A stretch of DNA of 64,000 nucleotides, taken from the NCBI GenBank assembly GCA_964016885.1, contig OZ024741.1:347944001-348008000 (forward strand). Reading direction: 5' to 3'. The position numbers were made by a program, and so were the translations under genes. Origin of the DNA: Eledone cirrhosa (taxonomy: Eukaryota). Of the stretch, positions 55,501 through 64,000 are shown piece by piece (position 1 is the first letter of the stretch; each line of letters begins with the position of its first letter). The notes under the pieces were generated by a model. The model saw nothing but the letters and a program-made list of their open reading frames with translations. It did not search any database and was not told the origin of the DNA.

Positions 55501-55560
55501 GGGCCAATACTGGCCGAAACCAATCAAAGTTATCAAAGTTACATATATATATCAAAGTTA
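52560..55560 (+). mobile_element. CR1-group LINE ORF2 (APE endonuclease + RT), frameshifted
   Basis: LTETHL..IRADRVGRRKGG..GLYRPP, GDFNLP, NILDIVFSN, VVPVFKKGNKSLAVNYRPISLTSH, QHGFRNGRDCLTQLL, VPQGTVLGPLLFIIYIND, RIFADDSK, PPTPGY..NNSLL. Short (atcaaagtt)n tail. Confidence 0.93.
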
Positions 55561-55576
55561 CACACACACACACACA

Positions 55577-55653
<77 letters not shown>

Positions 55654-55654
55654 G

Positions 55655-56710
55655 ATAAAGTATGTCCAAAGAATCATTTGATAATATATATACACCATTT
55701 CTTCTCCCAATGAGCATAATTAACCACACAAAAAATCAATTAGGCCAGGCTATAAGATTAAAAGGAACCTATGAAGAAATAGTAGATAAATAAACGACAG
55801 CAATCTCTTCGCGGCCAGCCGCCATAGAATGATTAACCCAATATTTCAAAAGCACGTGGAAATCGATTAAATATACCGTCAACCATACACAATTAGGTAT
55901 AAAATTAAAGTTAGAAGAAATGCATATAAACATGCCAGGATTACGTTTCTACCCTCGGTTTCGTTCGCATTTGGAAATATCCTATTAAGGATAATATCTC
56001 GAGCTTCGAACTCATCAGGAAACAAACTCGTTTGGACAGATTATTTTCTTAAGTGATCTCCACCAGAAACGAATTCAAAATGGCTAAGGATTGTGACGTG
56101 GCAGTGGTCAAGTCAGAAAGAATGTGATTGGTTGCTTACGGCGAGTGGGCTGGTTGCTAGAATGCGCAGCCCAATATTGCCCAAATTGCATCTCAACCTC
56201 ATGGGAGATTATTAAATATAAATATTTACATATACACAAACTAGACCAAGTCACAAATATATGTGTGTTGGCAACCATTCACGATGTGGATCAATGATGA
56301 ATTAATAAATTAAATAATCAGAGCAATATACTATAAAGTATGTCCATAGAATCATTTGATAATATATATACACCATTTCCTCTCCCAATTAGCATAATTA
56401 ACCAAACAAAAAATTCAATTAGACCAAACTATAAGATTAAAAGGTACCTATGAAGAAATAGTAGATACATAAACGACAGCAATCTCTTCGCGGCAGCCGC
56501 CACAGTGTTTTACCCAACATTTCAACAGCACGTGGAAATCGATTAAGTATACCGTCAACCATACACAATTAGGTATAAAATTAAAGTTAGAAGAAATGCA
56601 TATACACATACCAGGATTTCGTTCGCATTTGGAAATATCCTATTAAGGATAAAATCTCGAGCTTCGAACTCATCAGGAAACAAACTCGTTTGGACAGATT
56701 ATTTTCTTAT
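55655..56710 (-). mobile_element. Partial tandem repeat (~680-bp period) between TA tracts with a complete type I hammerhead at 55945-56023
   Basis: 55655-56050 is repeated at ~56333-56710. Minus strand gtttc-CTGATGA-gttcg...(inner hairpin atcct-taat-aggat)...cgaac-GAAA-cc(gag)gg-TA/gaaac. The second copy has lost stem III and the cleavage site. Confidence 0.8.
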
Positions 56711-57436
56711 GTATGTATATGTATATATATATATATATAATCTGATGAGCTATCGATTCCAAAGTAGGATGCGATCGATACTGATTGTACTTTGAGCTGA
56801 ATGTTATGTTAATACCTTGTTTCTTCTCATTACTATTATTATTAAGTGGGTGGTGGCCACAGTTCGTTGACACCATGGTGATCTCTTCGCTACGCATTTA
56901 TGTAAAGGAGTATGTGCTGACTTCTGGATGGTTGGCGAAGAGAATACCAACGTTTCCATATTTGCCACCCTGTCTAAGTATTATGTTTTAAGCACCTACA
57001 GGGTACCTATAACCTTTACGTCTTGGGATTGGCTCGCCAGCTCCACACATCAATTTAATTCCAAATGTGCGATACGTGACCGTACACAGATGTATGTTCT
57101 CCATGATGTCAGATGGAGGAACGAGACTGACATTATGACCGCTCTTCTCCACTAACGGCTTGACCACCCTCATGATCTCCTCATTGACTTATGAGCTTTC
57201 TAAGCTTTTACCCACCGCACAAAGTAAATGTTCCTTTTTGCGGGCGCTGCCTTCTTTGAGGTCTCATATTATCTAATACTGTTCCTTCTGTTGTTGTTGG
57301 TGTTGGTGTTTTCGCTGTCGTTGTTGTTCCTTTTTTTATTGTTGTTGTTGTTATTGTTGTTGTTTCCTGTGATACTGATATTTTTGTTGTGTGCTTCTGT
57401 TATATTTGTTGTTGAATAGTTGGTGGTATTGTTGGT

Positions 57437-57800
57437 ATGATAATCTTCTCGTTCGGCGGTGATAAACCACTCGTCTGGGGTGCCACTTGCAGCCACACAT
57501 TCTCCAGCAGCAACGAGGTGCAGTCTGCGATTAACCCAGGTTCTGCTGCACTTCGGACTGAGGAGGGCAAACTGTCCAAGTATCATTCATTCTGCGACAG
57601 GTTTGCAGCCGTGCCCTTAGCAGTAAAGAATTCTGGTGTCCTTGGCCCTAGGGCTAACTCCCTAATTACCAGCATAGGCGCTAAGCTGACTAGCCGCAGG
57701 TGTGAGCCTCGCGAGATGGAATGGCTATTCCAGCGAATCGCCCTTACCATCCTCCAGTTAAAAGCCTTCTCTATGGAGTCAGCACGTGGGTCCCCATTTA
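57437..57800 (+). mobile_element. CRE-like non-LTR retrotransposon C-terminal (restriction-like endonuclease) fragment
   Basis: G.KPLVWGATCSHT..PGSAA..EEGKLSKY..AVPLAVKNSGVLG..REMEWLFQRIALTI resembles the LVWDAT/AE..K..KY/P.AVET.G/LFQR.S pattern. It abuts a (TTG)n-rich tract at 57285-57435. Confidence 0.72.
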
Positions 57801-57980
57801 CTCATAATACAGAAAGATTGGGACGGTTAGAGAAATGGAGTGTGTGACAGTTTTAGTTCGGATCTTCCGTGTTCGGACACATTCATCAATTCTATGATAT
57901 TGATATTGTTGTCCATGTTCTTTATATTGTTACTGTCATCGTTGTCTATGTTTTGTGTTCTCGAGATTGTCTCTATAGTA

Positions 57981-58190
57981 ATAATTGTTTCTACTTCAGG
58001 GACAGGGCCAGCAATGTTAAGAGAAACGGAATTTCGATTGAATCGACCCTATTAATTTATGGTAATTTATTTTATCTACCCCGATATTATGAAAGGCAAT
58101 GCAAACCTCCACTGGATTTGAAAATAACGTAAACGGCCGTAACTCTATGCTACAAATCATGGTGACTGATGCTATAACGATACTACCAAA
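57981..58190 (-). mobile_element. Old, diverged family A SINE
   Basis: ataattgtttctac..ggccagcaa..ttttatctacccc..atgaaaggcaa..ggatttgaa..ggccgtaactctatgc. Confidence 0.65.
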
Positions 58191-58268
58191 TATTTATCCG
58201 TTGGTCTGGTAATCTTCTGGATATTGCATTCGTTTCGTGCACACAATATCTATCTATCTATCTATCTA

Positions 58269-58336
<68 letters not shown>

Positions 58337-58792
58337 CTCGCTTTTGTGTGTATGTGTATGTGTGTGTACATCTGTGTGTCTGAGTTTGTGTCTTTATACA
58401 TATACATGCATTCATAAAAAAAAGAAGATATTTCCCGTTGTCCCCTCATCTGTCACTACAATCGTTTTGTAACTATAATTCAAAAGGCCAGCCTTTTCAA
58501 AACGTTCACCCCGGTGAACCCTCCTGCGAACTACAAACGATTACATAACCGTAGATTAGTGACCTTCATCGCACACAGGCACACAAACGCAGGCAAACAG
58601 ACAAACAGACACACACCATTATATACATATAACACCCCACTCTCCAGAGCGTGAAATTAATAAACAATCGTTGTACTGCCTCTCTGTTTTGTCCCTGTTC
58701 AAATTGTTGCATTATATATATATATATATATATACATATATATATACATATTAATATATATATGTATATATATATATGTATGTATATATGTA

Positions 58793-58889
<97 letters not shown>

Positions 58890-59342
58890 AGATAAGCGGA
58901 GCAAGCAAGATTTAAAAAATTTAATTTAAATATATACCTATTCCAATTGCTTTTACAGATCGGTTTCACTTCACAAAAGATTGGAGATCCTAGGGACTTC
59001 CCATGGAAACGTTTAGATAATCAGAAAGCATTTACCTTTCCTAGGATTAAAAGTCCCAGGAACGGCAAAATATATTGCCATCTGCCAGCTAGCACAGGGT
59101 CGAATGGGGCCGAAAATTTGACCTATGCATGAACCAGTCCGTAGTATAAGCGGAAGTAAACATAGACTTATTGTCTATCTCGCCACTAAAAATAGCAGCT
59201 AAATAGAACAACAGATTTGTTCTCTACATAACGGAGAGTATTAAAAGAAGTTAATATGCCCACAGGTACTAAGTACCCCTGGAAATATATAGGGTGTCTA
59301 TGATACAAGGGTTGTTCTATGGTATTAATTTGACATACCAGA

Positions 59343-59493
<151 letters not shown>

Positions 59494-59608
59494 ATTATGT
59501 GAGGTCTGTGTGTTCTGCTATTATTTATGGCAATGTTACAACAATATGATCCTCCCCAAGTATAACAATATTTGTTTCGACACACGATTTCATATCAAAA
59601 CATTGCGA

Positions 59609-59665
<57 letters not shown>

Positions 59666-59771
59666 GTGTCTATATGACAACAGTGACATAGACAGGCATT
59701 CAAGTTTCGTTGGGTTCTACGTCAATGTTGTAATTATTTATACTATGTATATATTTATATAAATATATATG

Positions 59772-59816
<45 letters not shown>

Positions 59817-59817
59817 T

Positions 59818-60750
<933 letters not shown>

Positions 60751-60949
60751 TCTGCTCTGCTTATACGCATAGAGCTTAACTAGCTACCGTCGCATATTTG
60801 GTAGGTCAGACGTGATCATCGCGATTCACATACGACCTACCATACATCTTGCTTATGTATATATATATATATGACCTTATGTATATATATATATATGACC
60901 TTTTCTGTTTTCAACGGAAATTTCAATATCTATATATATATATATATAA

Positions 60950-61244
60950 AAACCGGGATAAGCAACGGCCCACTGGAAAGGACGCCAGTCCATCGCAGGG
61001 TATATGTATATATATATATATATATTAATCGATCGACTTTCGTCAAATCGGACCGAGGAAACAATGTTTCCATTGGTCTTTCCAATTGCTAATACTATCT
61101 ATCTGTCGCAACTCCATGTAGAAGGAGCAACGTGAAATAAAGTGTCTTGCTCAAGGACATAACGCATCGCCTGGTCCAGGAATCGAACTGACAACCTTAC
61201 GATCGCGAATCCAATTCTCTAACCACTCAGCCACACGCCTTCAC

Positions 61245-61332
<88 letters not shown>

Positions 61333-61337
61333 CATAC

Positions 61338-61376
<39 letters not shown>

Positions 61377-61594
61377 GTGAAGGCGTGTGGCTGAGTGGTT
61401 AGAGAATTGGATTCGCAATCGTAAGGTTGTCAGTTCGATTCCTGGACCAGGCGATGCGTTATGTCCTTGAGCAAGACACTTTATTTCACGTTGCTCCTTC
61501 TACCTGGAGTTGCGACCGATAGATAGTATTAGCAATTGGAAAGACCAATGGAAACATTGTTTCCTCGGTCCGATTTGACGAAAGTCGATCGATT

Positions 61595-61640
<46 letters not shown>

Positions 61641-61745
61641 GCGATGGACTGGCGTCCTTTCCAGTGGGCCGTTGCTTATCCCGGTTTCACGTCATGAAAC
61701 CGGGATAAGCACCGGCCAAATGAGCCTTCTGGCTTAAGACAGACT
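60950..61745. mobile_element. Two near-identical head-to-head copies of a second tRNA-derived SINE, family B (60950-61245 minus; 61377-61745 plus)
   Basis: A box tggctgagtgg, B box agttcgattcc, central tgtccttgagcaagacact domain, internal TA tract, and a structured tail (cttatcccggtttca..tgaaaccgggataag). Confidence 0.88.
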
Positions 61746-61914
61746 TTTGATTTTAGAATGATACTACAACAGAATTCAGACGAGCTTTTGATTCCAGAGT
61801 CCGGCAAGACAGATACAGATCGAACCTTGAGCTAATCAATAGCGAAATGCGCGTTACTACTCAATAAACGTAATGAAGACATAACAAATAATCCTTTTTA
61901 TCATTATTATTATA

Positions 61915-62424
61915 TCCCGCCGAGGTTAAATTTGCCTTTCATCCTTCCGGGGTCGATAAAATAAAGTACCAGTAATGCATTGGGTATTTGCTGGCCTTGT
62001 GCCAAAAGTAGAAACAATTATTATTATATATACAAGGGGCAGTGGATTGAGAGTATCGGTAGAGGGTCGGACGCCATGCTTTGACGCATAGAGTTACGGC
62101 CCTTGCCAATCTCAGTTCAAATCCCGCTGAGGTTAACTTTGCCTTTCATCCTTACGGGATCGATAAAACAAAGTACCAGTAATGCACTGGTTAATTGCTG
62201 GCCTTGTACCAAAAGTAGAAACAATTATTTTATTATAGGACGGTGGATTGGCAGTATCGGTAGAGGGTTGGAGGCAACGCTTTTCAGCATATAGTCACAG
62301 CTCTTTATGATCTGAGTTCAAATCCTGCTTAGGATAAATTTTCCTTCATCCTTACAGGGTCGATAAAATGAAGCTCCATTAATGCACTGGGGTAATTGCT
62401 GGCCTCGTGTCAAATGTAGAAACA
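61915..62424 (+). mobile_element. Cluster of three tandem family A SINEs (61915-62022 truncated, 62037-62228, 62238-62424)
   Basis: Three successive family cores in the same orientation, separated by attatt-rich spacers. Confidence 0.9.
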
Positions 62425-64000
62425 AGTATATATATGTGGTGGTGAGGGATTATGTGTGTGTGCATGTCTGTGTGGGTGTGCATGTGTGTGTCTGTGTACA
62501 TGTGTGTGGGGATGCGGGGGCTATATGTGAGTGTGTGCCTGTGTGTATCAGCTTCTGAAGAGAATGGTACGTTGTATAAAACTAGAAAATACGTAGCCGC
62601 AACATATGCGAATTAAAACCTCAAATTTCTCTCGCCCTTTCCATCTTATTTAATGATTCTAGAGACCATGTTCCTTGTATCTTTATTCTTATCACTTAAT
62701 TACCGTCACGTGTCTCACTTCGTTCTAGATTACACACTGAATGGAATGAGCTATCCTGTTCGGTGTAATCTCCCAAAGGATGATAGATTACTTGATGAAT
62801 TATCACTTAAGCAACAGTCAACCTATTTAGTTGCCTACTTTTAACAATCAATTTTCTCTTTCGCTTGCTGAAAGTGATGCTGATTGATATATCGCAAATT
62901 CAAAATCAACATGTTATATTGTGTGTGAAATAGTGTTACTTAAACATCATATATCGATATTTACTAAGCTAATTCGATAAGATGTATTCAATTTTACATT
63001 AGTGAACGTGTTGCATCGAGCTAACATATGTATAGTAAATTGTAAGCCTGGACTAACCAATCAGCATGTCTGTCCAACCTACCTATGAAAATCTTCATAT
63101 TGATTCACTAACTACGAAAAGCTACGCGTGTTTACTGAAACAAACAATAAAGTTTTTATAAGCCATTTTAACTTATTGCAATTAGGTGCCATGCGAATAA
63201 TATTCTCTTCACCAAATTAGTATATTACCACCCAATAATAGGCTCATCTCTTCTAGCAGTCGTGGAGAAAGCTTTGCTTCCGAAAAATAGGTTCGTGAGA
63301 GGATAGCAATGAAATTTATTACATATATATATGTATATGAAATATTTCACCTTTTTCTCCCTATTCCCATTAACACTCACTCACACACACACACACGCAC
63401 GCACACACAAACTATATAATCTTAGAGATATAAGAATTCCTGGTTCAATTTAAGATTACAACACTAAAAATCTTGTAAAATAATTACTAATGAATCAGTT
63501 GAATTAACTAGTATTGGAAACAATTTTAGTTTTGAAAATTAGCAAATTTACGGGATATATTATTTAGCAAATTTGGGGAATTAAATGAAAACAAACAATA
63601 TTTTATGAAAATAATCAAGAGCCTGGAAAAAGCGTATAGGAAACATTTTATTTATTAAAATATTATAAATAATATTATGAGGAAACAGATTTAGTGAGAG
63701 GGGGTATTCTTTAAATCACGGAATTTCCAAACATCAGAAAAGCTAATAACCAAAATGTTATCAAACACTCCCACACTATCTACAATTACTAGTAAATTTA
63801 GTCTCGAAGTACTTCAAATGAAAACGAATTAAGGATTTTCTGAATCATGCAAGACGATTATTGCTTATCTTTCTAAATTAAAAATAAGCTTCATTAATAT
63901 ATTCTACGCGCAATACTTAACAGCCGCTTTGATCATCATCCTCTGCATTAGAACAGTTGGCGGTTTTACTTTCACATTGCCGTATGTGATGTATTCCAGG

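Overview
Eukaryotic, very AT-rich, repeat-saturated DNA with no host protein-coding exon I can support. The (TA)n/(CA)n density and the SINE families suggest an octopod cephalopod genome (inference). Nearly all supplied ORFs are microsatellite artefacts. The real coding remnants are decayed retroelements: several Penelope-like elements (PLEs; one Neptune-type, one Naiad-type, one near-intact ~3 kb copy with an inverted 3' arm), RTE-, CR1- and CRE-type LINE fragments, an internally deleted mariner, and two tRNA-derived SINE families. The hidden layer is RNA structure. Reading both strands I find about 20 hammerhead-ribozyme (HHR) motifs, intact or degenerate, mostly in PLE terminal repeats and in short fold-back cassettes set inside (TA)n tracts. 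The best candidate system is a 316-nt tandem array (49449-50572). Every unit carries a type I hammerhead with a compensated U3-A8 core (UUGAUAA instead of CUGANGA), the layout of a non-LTR retrozyme that could produce circular RNA. It abuts a PLE endonuclease fragment, and a diverged relative at ~15.2 kb shows stem covariation. All structures were paired by eye, not computed.
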